Shown in pieces: positions 1 through 13,417 of a stretch of DNA of 64,000 nucleotides (its first letter is position 1; the number at the start of each line of letters is the position of its first letter). Location of the stretch: NCBI RefSeq assembly GCF_009914755.1, contig NC_060930.1; one strand, 5' to 3'. The notes under the pieces were generated by a model. It was given only the letters and a program-made list of their open reading frames with translations, was not told the DNA's origin and did no database searches. This DNA comes from the human T2T-CHM13v2.0 reference genome, Homo sapiens. A program made the translations under genes and the position numbers.

Positions 1-131
1 ATTTTGCACCACTCTGCTCATGTCTGAGAATGACCTCGAAAGCACCATGGGCACTGATTTGGGGTCACAATTCAATTCTATAAAGTAGGCTAATTCGCAA
101 ATCAGAACCATGAATAATGAGGACCCAGTGT
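1..131 (-). mobile_element. Tigger-family DNA transposon end (MER82-like), truncated by the window edge
   Basis: The end '...attcgcaaatcagaaccatgaataatgaggacccagtg-ta' resembles the reverse complement of the MER82/Tigger terminus (recalled consensus). Confidence 0.45.
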
Positions 132-136
132 ACTTG

Positions 137-653
137 TGTGATGGTTAATATTGAGTGTCAACTTGATTGGATTGAAGGATGCAAAGTATTGTTCCTGGGT
201 GTGTCTGTGAGGGTGTTGCCAAAGGAGATTAACATTTGAGTCAGTGGACTGGGAGAGGCAGACCCACCCTCAGTCTGGGTGGGCACCTTCTAATCAGCTG
301 CCAGCTTGGCCAGAATAAAGCAGGCAGAAGAACGTGGGAAGACTGGACTGGTTTAGTGTTCTGGCCTCCATCTTTCTCCCGTGCTGGATGCTTCCTGCCC
401 TTGAGCATTGGACTCCAAATTCCTCAGCTTTGGAACTCTTGGACCTTTGGCCACAGACTGAAGGCTGCACTGTCGGCTTCTCTGCTTTTGAGATTTTGGG
501 ACTTGGACTGGCTTCCTTGCTCCTCAGTTTGCAGACGGCCCGTTGTGGGACCTCACCTTGTGATGGTGTGAATCAATACGCCTTAATAAACTCCCCTTTA
601 TATACACATCTATCCTATTAGTTCTGCCCCTCTGAAGAACACTGACTAATACA
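137..653 (+). mobile_element. MLT2A1-type solo LTR (ERVL)
   Basis: Starts TGTGATGGTTAATATTGAGTGTCAACTTGATTGG and ends CTGACTAATACA. Has an AATAAA near the 3' end and a perfect 5-bp TSD ACTTG at 132-136 and 654-658. Confidence 0.88.
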
Positions 654-859
654 ACTTGTATGAGAAGACAACTGGCATTGTTCACTGCCCACTTCTGGCT
701 AAAACACTTAGGTTTAGGAGATCATGTGTGGATTTACCCGTCGTAGATATTTGAGCTATTGGGAAGTAAACTGGGAAATAAACTGGCCTAAAGTAGTTTG
801 GTCAAGTTCAACCAAAGTTTGCTCTTATGTATTTCTTACCATTTAAGAAATAGAATTCT

Positions 860-1365
860 GGGTGTTCAAAGTAGATTAAACATTAGCTATTTTAACAAAC
901 AGTCCCAAGATCTAAGTGACCTACTATAATAAGGTGTATTTCTTGTTCATATCAGATTGTAATGCAGGACAGAGTGAGGGGTGTTTTGGGACTTAGGGTC
1001 CTTCCTCCTGTTAGCTCGGCTGTCCCCAAGGGCCTCAGAGTCTGCTGCTGGATTTTCTCCATTCTACAGGCTGACCACCAGAAGCATGGACAGTCCTGTG
1101 GATGTTTTACCAGCCAGGACTGGAAGTAATGTATGCCACTTTCATTACACTCCACTGGCCAGAACTCAAACTCAGTCACATTCCCCACTGAGCTAAATGC
1201 AAGGGGTCTGAGAAATACAGGAGGTTCCCAAGTCTAGGTGCATGTTCCCTCTTGCTGCGGTAACACATTGCTACAATCGCAGGGGCTTCAAACAACACAA
1301 ATGTTTCCTCTTACAATTCTGGAGGCCAGAAGCCCAAAACGCATCTCACGGGACTAAATTCTAAT
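860..1365 (-). mobile_element. Old MLT1 (MaLR) LTR fragments
   Basis: Contains MLT1-type motifs 'cactttcattacactccactggccagaactcaaactcagtcaca...tgcaaggg' and 'aaacaacacaaatgtttcctcttacaattctggaggccagaag'. Confidence 0.5.
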
Positions 1366-1600
1366 GGGATTGCCAACCCTGAGAATCCACGTGGGTGAGA
1401 CTCTTGAAGAAGAGCAGGGAAGGCGCCAGCCATCTGAAGCAAGCATTCAGCCAGCATCATGTAAAGCCCTGTGGAATATTTCCCAGAGAGGCCTCTAGAA
1501 ACTCACAGAGGCACGCATGAGAGTGAAGCAAGCCTAAAACATTTCCAGCTGGGCAAGAACATTCCTGTTCCTGTTCTTCCTACTCCTTTTCCTACCTTGA

Positions 1601-2033
<433 letters not shown>

Positions 2034-5000
2034 TATTACATAGGATTTAACATTTTTAGTCACGGAATTGACACAGTGTTTCTAACTTAGAGCAACCTTA
2101 GAATTTATTTATTACTCACAAATTCACAGGAGTCGTGACACTGCCTGAGTTTCCTCCCTGAGTCGGGAAGAACTTTTCCCACTCCCACTGTACATATTTT
2201 AAAGAAACAGTGAAAGATAAAAATAAGGAAGTTTCCTTATTAGATCTCATGAGTTTTCCTGTTCAATGTGTATCCTTTATAGTTCTACAGAAACATGTTT
2301 AGGCTTCACAAGCTCTTCTGAAACTTCCTTTATCCACCTGCTGATATGCATTCGAGAGCTTCCTGCATCCGTGTAACTTCAGTCCATTGACTTTAGTGGC
2401 TCTCAGAATTCTACAGTCTGGATGGACAATACTTTACTTAACTACTGCTTTATTGATGTGACTCTGTATTCTTTTTACTTTTATTATTAAAAGTAATATT
2501 GCAAAAATACTATCCATCATCTGTGTGACAGCCATATTCTTTGAACACTGCGTGTTTTCTGTTTTTTACTTAATTTAGCCAGAGTGTGTCTCTATTGTTT
2601 GCCAGTGATATAAAGGTTTCTCAAAGCGGGTAAACCTTGGGCTGAGTCTTTAAGGGTGAATAGGTGTTTCAAGCAGCCCAGGACAGGTGCAGAGGGGGTG
2701 GGATCATAAAACACGTGATGAAACCAGTGTTGGTTCTGAATGTCCCCAATCCCTCTAATTGTTCTCTAATTAGAAGGATTTGTCAAAATATTAAATGAAC
2801 ATGTTCTTTATATCTGAGGTAGCAAGTTGGACTTCTACCAGCGGTCTGAAAAGTCACTGGAGTGGAACTGCTATATTGCAAAGAAGATTGAGCAAGTGTT
2901 GTTTTTATCTGCCTGTCTTCCATTCTCTCTCTTTCTGATAATAACACCTCCATTTTCTTTTGGGGGAAATGGAGATGTAATAAGAAAATATCTCTAATTT
3001 TTGTCTTCTGCTTTTCTGTTGACACAAATCCATGTGGTTTGTGCTTGTCCGGCGTCCAGAAAACTCTGTACGCCGCCCTCTTGTGGAGAAGGGAGGTCAT
3101 GCCACCCAAACTAACCCAATCAGATGCTTCCTCCTGGGAACTTGAATTTTTAAGAAACACAAAAATGGAAAATTATTGGAAATGATTTGTCCAGAAAGAG
3201 GTGCCTTAGAGAAATTGGCAACTGTTTCTGCCCTAGAGCTTTTCTGATCTTGTTTTTCTGGAGACCTTGTTATTCAGCCTTTTCTTTAATCCAGGGAGCT
3301 CTTCCATATTTTTCAAATATCCTGAGTTTTTTGTTTGTTTTTTACTTCATTTAGCCGGAGTGTGTCTCTATTGTTTGCCAATGATCTAAAGGATATGTTC
3401 GTTTAGTATTTTGACAAATACCTCTAATTGTCTTCCAATCGGAGGTAGCATTTGTATTTCTACCCACAATTGGAAGCGTCTGGGCTTCATTTTTATTTTG
3501 ATTTGCTTTAAATAGTTCTGTTGTGTTATGAACAGAGAGTCTCCTCTATTCAATCTTCCTAATACAATACCACTTCAATTTCCCGATAGAGTGATGTTGC
3601 TTACTTCCAAGTGAGAGAAATGCTGCTTGCTGTAGTGGGTTGGCCAACAAATAACTTATTTATTATTGCCAAAAAAACAACTGGTTTATATTAACTTGCC
3701 AGAGGCATAACTGATAAAATGATCTAGTGTCAAATTAATTTCATTTATAAGTGAAGTGATTCGTAAGGATGTGAGCCACAAACTTGGACACTAAGTATTC
3801 CAAAACCAAGCATTCTTACATGATCACCTTAGCAACTGTAAATAATGACATCACCAGCAAATACCAGCAAAAGAATGGACAGGCATGATACAAAAAGCTC
3901 CTTTAATTAACATCATGTTTGCCAATTACTTTATTCTTAGGTAAACCATCTGTAAAAGTAGCATAATTTGTGATTTGAATTGAAGGCATGTGAAAAAGAA
4001 CTCAGATTCTCTAACTGGGCAAGTAACATCACTAAAGTAATGTCCTGTGTGCACAGAGGGCTCCTTGCCTGTGTGGAAAAAAGTGTCTAGGTGATTTTTG
4101 GAAAATCTAAATAAAGCAAAGATGAACATAAGTAAAGATGAACCACAGCGAGTACACAATCACCAACAACTGTGTGTACTGGAGACAGTGTGAAGAGATG
4201 AAGCCATGCCCACACCCAACTTCTTGAAACATTTCCTGTAAAATGAATAAAGGAAAACATTTACACATTTGATTTTTGTCTCCTCACTTCACCTACCTTG
4301 GTTGAGATTAAAAGAAAATGGAAATTGTCCAGAGGAGAGAGATTCATAGTATTGAAACGAGGACTTTTCAAGGTTTTGCATAGGAGTGTTGCTGAAAATC
4401 TTTGACAGCCAATAAATAATGGTAATGTAATGTCAATAAATATATGAAGCAAAATTAAATCAATAACCCCCATATGGTTACAGGATGTTTTATAGGATCT
4501 CAGAAAGGAAGATTACTTAAGTAAATAAAGTTGTGTTGTTTTGTTACTAAGATACGTGGAAAAGATTGTCTTTCATGTGCCAAGCAATGCAACGGACAGA
4601 AGGAGAAACTGCCAAAGGCCTGAAATAGATAAAAGCTCCTTGCCAAGGCCTCCAGTGTGGAATAGACCTCAGGATAGTGGACATCCATGCTTCTCATATT
4701 TCACAATTAAGAGTGATGTTTGCCCTTGGTTCTTTGTGGATGCTATTCATCAGTTTATGAAATCTCTCTTGTGTTTTCAGTTTAAGAATTTTTTTTAAGA
4801 TGTTGAATTTTATCAAATAGTTTTTGTGCGTCAAATGAGAAGACCGTATGGTTATTCTCTATCATTCTATTAAATGTGGTAAATTACATTTATTCTAATA
4901 TTAAACCTCTTCTGAATTCCTGGGATAGAGCAAATTTGGACAAGATTAGACTTGGCTGCATTTGGTTGTTAATGCTGTTTAGAATTGTTGTATCAATGTT

Positions 5001-5423
5001 TATCAGTTAATCGTCTGTAATTTTCCTTCATCATATCATCTTTGTCTGGTTTTGGCATCAAGGCTATATTAACCTCACAAGAATGCTACAAGGGGATTGT
5101 TTAGTTTTTCTAAATGAAATGTTCTAATCTTTCCAGATGATTGGAACAATTTTTATTGAAAGGTTTTTAGAATTTGTCCATAAAGTTTTCTGGGCCTTCT
5201 ATTTTCTTTATAGGAAGATTTTAAACTACTAATTACATTTCTTTAATAATTGCAGGACCGATTGGTCATTCCCATTGTTTTAAAGTCAAATTTTGTAGGT
5301 TATAATTTTCCAGGAATTTATTTATTTTATATGAATTTTCAAATTTATTAACATAACATTTGATAAGCAGATGAGGTAATTATGATAGGTAGACAAAATA
5401 AGTATGATAATTCATAGCAATCT

Positions 5424-5737
5424 TCTTTTCTTTTTCTTTTTCCTTTTTTTAAGATGGAGTCTCACTCTTTTTGCCCAGGCTGGAGTGCAGCGGTGTGATC
5501 TCCGCTCACTGCAACTCTGCCTCCCAGGTTCAAGCAATTCTCCTGCCTCAGCCTCCCAAGTAGCTGGGATTACAGGCATGTGACACCACGCCCGGCTAAT
5601 TTTTGTATTTTTAGTAGAGGTGGAGTTTCACCATGTTGGTCACGCTGGTCTCTAACCCAACTCGTGACCTCAGGTGATCCGCCCCCCTCGGCCTCCCAAA
5701 GTGCTGGGATTACAGGCAAGAGCCACCACGCCTGGCC
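5424..5737 (-). mobile_element. AluS
   Basis: Reverse Alu consensus with a T-rich tail. Confidence 0.93.
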
Positions 5738-6694
5738 TTTTCTTTTTAATATCTACTGTTTGTGTAGTTGTGTCTCTTTAAATCTTACTACTCTTCATTT
5801 GTGCATTCTATCTTTTTAAAAAATAAATATCATTAAATATATGGCAATTATATTAGTCTTAGCTAAGAACCATTTTTTTTGCATTACGCCCTCCATGGTA
5901 CCTTTGTGTTCCTTTTCACTAATGTCTGCTAGTATCTTAATTATCTCCTTCCTTTTTTTTTTTAAAAAAAAGAGTTTGTTATCTTCCCCTAACTTTTTAA
6001 CGGGGTATTCAGCTTATTTTCAATCCTTTATTTTTAAATACAAGGTATATTTAAGGCTAATATATAGCCTTACATTTAAGGCTTTATATTTCCCTCATAT
6101 ATAAATATTAAGGCTATATATTTTCTACTTTTGCAATATCCTACCAGTTATGATACGTACAAGATTTATTATTGTTCAGTTCTGAGCATTTAAAAGTTTG
6201 TGTTATGATTTTGTCTATGTTTGATTTCTGAAAATATATTTTAAATTTTGATTTTTAAGTCTGACTTCATTGCACTATAGTGAGAGAACATAGTCTAGAT
6301 GTATAATTTTTTTTTGAAATTTGATATGGCTTTTTTATAGCCTAATTTATAACCAATTTTTATAAATGTTCCATGTGTGCTTGAGAACAGTGTGTATTCT
6401 ATATATGACCATTAAACCAAGCTTAAACTAAGCTTTGGAATTGTTCGGTTCAAATTTTCTATACTCTGCTACTTGATCTGGTTTATCTACCAATAACTGA
6501 AGAAGGAATGTTGAAATCCTATTCTTTATTTAGAAGTTAGACACTATATTTTGTAGTTGTTACTCTTAAAATTTTGCCATACTTAATGAAAAAACTATAC
6601 AGTTTACTTTCCATTTTCCCTGCTGAACAATAGAAATTCATTTGCACATGCTTAACAACACACACCCAACTGATTTCATTCTTTTTCATTCTCA

Positions 6695-7051
<357 letters not shown>

Positions 7052-7087
7052 TCAAACTCTATGATTAAGCCTTTAAAAATTATACTG

Positions 7088-7415
7088 TACAATTGGTCTT
7101 TGTTTAGATTTACCTGCACATTTCCACAATTCTTTGTCTGCCATTTCTCTCCTTGCATCCCAGACCTTTATTCTGAAGTCAGTCTTTTCTTCCTGAAGTA
7201 CTTTCAGAAGTTCCTTTAGTAGAGGTCTGTAGGTAATAAGTACTCTCAAATTACAATTGGTCTTTGTTTAGATTTACCTGCACATTTCCACAATTCTTTG
7301 TCTGCCATTTCTCTCCTTGCATCCCAGACCTTTATTCTGAGGTCAGTCTTTTCTTCCTGAAGTACTTTCAGAAGTTCCTTTAGTAGAGGTCTGTAGGTAA
7401 TAAGTACTCTCAAAT
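7088..7415. repeat. 164-bp head-to-tail tandem duplication (2 copies)
   Basis: 7088-7251 and 7252-7415 read identical except ttctgaAgtc versus ttctgaGgtc. Confidence 0.95.
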
Positions 7416-8322
7416 TTTATTTATCTGAAAATGCCTTTATTTTACTTAATTCTTGAAAGATAATTTTGCTGGGTATACAATTCTAAGCTTGCAGTTATTT
7501 TCTCTGGGAAGTATGAAGATATTCCACCATCTTCAGCCTATTGTTGAGGAGTCTGCTGTTAACTATAGTCGTTTTGCAGGTGTTCTTTCATTACTTTTTG
7601 GCTGCTTTTAATCACCTTTTTTACATTCTGTGTTCTTAACCTCAATACAATGTACTTGGATTTTGTCATATTTATCTGGCTTGGTATTTGTTGTGTGTCC
7701 TATATCAGTGGATTTACATCTTTTATCAGTCCTCAGCCATTATTCCCTTGAATATTATCTCTTCTCTATTCTGTCAATACTTTTCTTCTGAGACTTTGAC
7801 TGGACATGTGCTAGACTTATTAATTCTATTTTTCATAACTTTTTACTTCTTCATATTTTTCATTTCCCTGTATCTCTGTGTTATAATCTTAGTAATTTCT
7901 TCTAACTAGTCTTCCAGTTCCCAAATTTTCTCTTCTACCATATCTAATCTACTATTTAGCCATCCACTGAGCTTTTATTACCCATGGTAATATTTTTCAT
8001 TTATAATTTATATTAAGCTTCTGCTCAAAACGTTATTTGTTTTTTATTTTATTTTTATTTTTCTAAACATGTCATGTATTATTTTATATTTTGAATCTAA
8101 TAAATACTAGTATCTGGAAAACCTGGGAGCCGTATCTTGTTTTGGCTGGCTCTTCTCATCGTGTTTATTTCTTTGAGGGTTTATGATCTCATATTCTATT
8201 GATCTTAAGCTGTGGAAATCCTGAGGGCCTAAATTGAGGGGGTTTTCCTCCAAAGAGGTGTTCTGTTTGCTTTTGCTAGCGACAGAAGATGTGTCTGACC
8301 TAGAACACTCAGAAGTCCAGAC

Positions 8323-8620
<298 letters not shown>

Positions 8621-8689
8621 AGGAGCACAGATTGATGTGGGGGTCAGAGGTGCTGAGATTTAGTCTCTGTCTGCGGTAAGCCCAAAGAC

Positions 8690-9560
8690 CCCTCAATGCC
8701 CCATCACACATATATCACATTCTGTTAATTCTACCTCCACAGTATCTTGTCTAAGAACTTGTTTCTTTGATGAAGCCCTCAATCAGGTTTTTTTGACCTC
8801 TCACTGGGATTATTTTAATGGCCTCTTAACTCCTTCTCTCCCTTGATTCTTTCCTCCTGCCAACCAATCCTGCAGCTAGCTGCTTAATTAAGCTTTCTGG
8901 AGCGCAAGTCTGATTTTTATAGTGTAAATCCCTTAGGTTTGTATGGTTTGTCATCTTTTTGAAGATACTGCCATTAGGTTGTCTCACTAATACCTCACTG
9001 CTCCTTTGTGAGAAATAGTTGATATACTTTTCTGTTCAGTGGCTTCCTCTTGCCTTCAGAGTAAACCCAAACTCCCCAGTCCTGCCTTTAAGTTTTTCTA
9101 TTATGAGCTCTATCCCATCTTTAAAACCCTGTCCCCTGCTAATCCCTTTCATGCATCCTCCAGTCCAGCCAACTCCACTTCTTAACTCTCTCCTTTACCT
9201 TCCTTGCATTGGTCTCAGTGATGAAACTGTCTTGTCATCTCCGTTTCCCCTGGTTATTATCTTTCCTGCAAGGTCTGGCTCAAACACTGACTCTTCCAAA
9301 ACTCCTGTCATTGATCTCCTCACCAGAACGTGTCTCCTGTCTGCCCTATGTCTCCTGTGCATTAGGCAGTGTATGAGTATGAATATGTATGTATATCTAT
9401 ATGTGTATGTATGTAGACATACCTACACACATATCCTGTTCTTGGGAATTAATTACTTCGTCTTACAGTTCCTTTTCCTCTCTTATCTCTCTGTCCTGCT
9501 CCTCTGAAGCTGCTTTTTGAAGTCAGGTTCTGTTTCATCTTTGTAGTCAATCCTCTGTTC
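8690..9560 (+). mobile_element. L2 fragments
   Basis: L2 3' motifs 'tggcctcttaactcc' and 'cagtggcttcctcttgccttcagagtaaacccaaactcc'. Confidence 0.5.
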
Positions 9561-10215
9561 TGTTCACTCCAACCCTATCTCGAATAATTTTTTGACATAA
9601 AGATGAAATACACTCATAGGATCCTAAGTATTTTGAAAGGAGCACAGTGGAGAAGTGTCTGAGATGGTCACAGCTACACAATTTCACCCAGCTGCTCCTG
9701 GCAGACTTGCAGATGGAAAGTGTGACTGGAGGTGGATATACTCAGTGGCTGATTCCTCTTACTGATTTGAGTTTCAGTAAAGAGGAAAACAAACCCAAAT
9801 AAGCCAGAGAGAGAATCTTGAATGAATGACGGGAAGCTCAGGGCTCAGGGCATCACAGCAAGGTAGGGACAGGTAATGTGGGGAGTGGATCCTTCAGTCC
9901 CTGGATGGGGGGCCATGCTTGCCATGTAGATTCTCCTTCCTAGTTTGAGAATCCTGGTGAGTTTCTCTTCTTGGAGAACCTGTAATAATAATCTGATATG
10001 GTGGCCTAGCAGTTTCAAGTTTCCTTGTGATATTTGATACTTGGCATATTTTATTTCTTGCCAACAGTTAAAACAAGACATCTTGCCGTTTAAAATATAC
10101 TTCAGTGACATTTTTGTGCTAGGCTGTAAACCAAGCAAACAACTGCATGAAAAGAATTTTCAGCTTAATGAATTAGTCTTGTTTAGGAGTTTGCTAGTTC
10201 TTGCAATATGCAAAG

Positions 10216-10600
10216 TGTATTAGTCTGTTCTTGCACTGGATAAAAAACTACCTGAGACTAAGTGATTTATTCTTTTTAAAAAAGAGGTTTAATTAACTCA
10301 CAGTTTCATAGGATGTACAGGAAGTATGGCTGGGGAGGCCTCAGGAAACTTACTATCATGGCGGAAGGCGAAGGGGAAGGAGGCATATCTTCACGTGACC
10401 AGAGCAGGAGGAAGAGAGAGAGAAGAAGGAGGTGCTATACACTTTCAAACAAGCAGATCTTGTGAGAACTCTATCATGAGAACAGCAAGGGGGAAATCTG
10501 CCCCCATGATTCAACCACCTCCCACCAGGCCTCTCTTCCAACACTGAGGATTACAATTTGACATGAGATTTGGGTGGAGACACAGAGCCAAACCATCTCA
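10216..10600 (-). mobile_element. MSTA-type MaLR solo LTR
   Basis: Runs tgtattagtc...aaccatctca, the reverse of the MST consensus, with a perfect TSD CAAAG at 10211-10215 and 10601-10605. Confidence 0.9.
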
Positions 10601-10995
10601 CAAAGCAACCACATTGCTATATTTCAACCTTTTTTTGATAATAAATTTATTAATTCATACAGATAAGTCATACTTTTAAGTGAATAATACATGATTGGGC
10701 CTTGTACTTTGTTGATACCAAAATATTATTCATCTAAAAAATAATTCCAGACACTGTTTCTTCCTCAGGTACCTTCAGTATTTATCACCGTGCTCAACGA
10801 GTAGTAGGCATCCCATGAGTGTTTGTTGAAAAATTCATTGAAGATATTTAAAAATGCTTTGCTAAGGCCCAGTGTATTCTCTGCTTTCTTAGTAGTTCTA
10901 TGGGTAACAAATAGGTGTGGGAGTTTGCAATGAAGTCAGGAGGAAGGACATGTGATTATAAACTATGTGAAGTGGCATAAGATTTGAATAAATGC

Positions 10996-11400
10996 AGCTG
11001 GGTGTGGTGGCTCATGCCTGTAATGCCAGCACTTTGGGAGGCCGAGGCAGGCGGATCACCTGAGGTCAGGAGTTCTGTGTCCCTAACAATATTTTAAAAC
11101 TAGAGTATAGCCAGGCATGTTGGCACAAATGCATAGTCCCAGGTTCTCAAGAAGTGGAGGCAATAACTCAGGAGTTCAAGACGAGCCTGGCCAACATGGA
11201 GAAACCCCGCCTCTACTAAAAATACAAAAAATGAGCTGGGCATGGTGGCGTGTGCCTGTGATCCCAGCTACTAGGGAGCTGAAGCAGGAGAATTGCTTGA
11301 ACTGGGGAGGCGGAGGTTGCAGCAGCCAAGATCGCGGCACTGCACTCCAGCCTGGGCGACAGAGTGAGACTCTGTCAAAAAAAAAAAAGTTAAAAAAAAG
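10996..11400 (+). mobile_element. AluS carrying a 92-bp internal insertion
   Basis: Alu consensus is interrupted at 11076-11167. TSD is AAGATTTGAATA(A/C)ATG. Confidence 0.93.
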
Positions 11401-11719
11401 ATTTGAATACATGTAAAACATTGTTGGAGTAAACTGATTAAGTGAGGGAAAAATGAGTGGGGGCCTTCCAGGCCAAGGGAAGTATGTGACAGCGTGCAGA
11501 GGAGGGGTGATCTATCAGAGCAGTAAAGAGGGAAATCCTGCATTGTCTCCATCTGCAAACGCTGCACAGGGGGTCCCGTTAAATGAAATGAGGCTGCAAA
11601 TGGAGTCTGTCCTGGATGGGCTGCTGCAAAGGATTTATGAGCTGCGATGTATGTCATATTTTATGAACACAGAAGGATACATGCTGTAAAATCAAATAAG
11701 GTTATAATCTAGTCTTATG

Positions 11720-11885
11720 CATTTATGTATTTATTTATTGAGACAGGGTCTCACTGTCCTCCAAGCTGGAGTGCAGTGGCATGGCCACTGTTCACTGCAG
11801 CCTTGACCTCCTAGGCTCAAGCGATCCTCCTGCCTCCGCCTCTTGAGTACCTGGGACTATGGGTTTGTGCCAACATGCCTGGCTA
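11720..11885 (-). mobile_element. FRAM / AluJ right monomer
   Basis: Single reverse Alu arm with J-type 'cactgcagccttgacctcctaggctcaagcgatcctcc'. Confidence 0.85.
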
Positions 11886-12014
11886 TACTCTAGTTTTAAA
11901 ATATTCTCAGGGACACAGAACAGGGACACACTGACAGAGAGGCATCACAGGCCAGGGTGTAAATAAGGGGGAAAAGGCCTAGAGGAGCAGAATTGCCTTC
12001 TTGCAGAGGACTGT

Positions 12015-12153
12015 TGTATTAGTCCATTTTTGCACTGCTATAAAAAATACCTGAAAGTGGGTACTTTATAAAGAAAAGAGGTTTAATTGACTCACAGTTC
12101 CACAGGCTGTACAGGAAGTATGGGTGGGGAGACCTTAGGAAACTTACAATCAT
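12015..12153 (-). mobile_element. Partial MST LTR
   Basis: tgtattagtcc...ggaaacttacaatcat followed by abrupt loss of similarity. Confidence 0.88.
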
Positions 12154-12384
12154 CATGACCCACCTGGAGCAGGCCTGAGAGGGCTGTGCAAGTGTGTACC
12201 TTCCCCAGCAGCAAAGCCTCAGCTAGAACAAAGGTGAGTGAGCCCAGAGGAGAGTCAAAGGAAAACAAATCATTTGGTTCAGTGAGCTGGAAAATATGCA
12301 AGAAAGCAGGGGTCTTGTTGCGGTGTCAGCCTGTGGCAGTAAGTCTCCATGTTGGTCCTCTATGATCCACCAAAGGTCTTCATG

Positions 12385-12825
12385 CCGTTTGTATAGTCCA
12401 CTCCCATGTTGAATCAAGGCTGGTCTGTGTCACCAATAGAATATGGTGGTAGTGACAGTGGGTGACTTCTGAGGGTGGTCTGAAAAGGCATTGCACTTCT
12501 GCCTTGGACTCCTGCATTACTTGCTCCAGGGAAAGCCAACTGCCATGCTCTGAAGATATTCAAACAGCTTTGTGGAGAGCCACTGAGGCCCCATCTTGCA
12601 GCCAGCACTAACTTGCCAGCCCAGAGTGAACTAGCCAGGAAGTGGATCCTCCAGCCCCAGTCAAGCCTGCAGATGATGACAGCCCAAGCCCATGCAACTC
12701 ATGAGGGACCTCCAAGCCAGACCTACCCAACCAGGCCACTTCCAGCTTCCTAACACTGGGAAACTGAGAAAGATAATGTACAATTATTGTTTTTAGTCAC
12801 TACGTTTTGGAGTAAACAGAACACA
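12385..12825 (+). mobile_element. MLT1F/G-type MaLR LTR
   Basis: Contains 'ccaatagaatatggtgg...gtgacttctgag', 'gatcctccagccccagtcaagcctgcagatga' and 'gtcactacgttttggagtaa'. Confidence 0.7.
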
Positions 12826-13417
12826 AATTTTCTGAAAACAAAAAAACCTGTCACATACTTGGGTAATTGTTCAAGCATGAACTAGAAGAGAAGGAGATGG
12901 CCTGAGAAGTCTCCCTCAGTTGGTGCCTTTCTAATATGACCTGTTGGCCAAGGTGATTGATGACATTATATGAGTTTAGAGAGTTTTTCCTGGGAGCGAT
13001 GGTTAATACTGCATTTGCCCAACCAGCTGCACAATCTGATTAGAGAAGTTATGATGTTGGCAAATTGCAAGGCATTCAGTGTCTAACTGTTGAATGAATG
13101 AAAGAAACAACAAACAGGGCAAGCATCACTAATTAATAAAAAAATTTGAATTTGCTACAAAATTACTTGCATTTATCCTCCTTCACCTTAGAGACAATAC
13201 ATAAATATCCTTTTACAAATTGCTAGTCTCACTACCAGTAGCCCAGAATGAGAAATTTAACATTTTTAAACTGTGTTTGCCAGAGTGTCTCTCAGCCTGA
13301 GGACATCTGTCTGCGGAGTTGCTGCTTATGCATGCTGGGTACAGCCAGGGTCTGGGTAGGAGTGGGCTGCAGCAGGGAATAAGTCCAAGCTTACACTGAC
13401 TTCTTGGAGAGGGCAAT

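Noticed and set aside
7088-7415. Repeat considered as a CRISPR-like or satellite array
   Set aside because: Only two contiguous copies with no spacers, in a eukaryotic context.
9019-9507. 162-aa hydrophobic ORF
   Set aside because: Non-ATG start, and it lies in C/T-rich L2 remnant and TA/TG low-complexity sequence.
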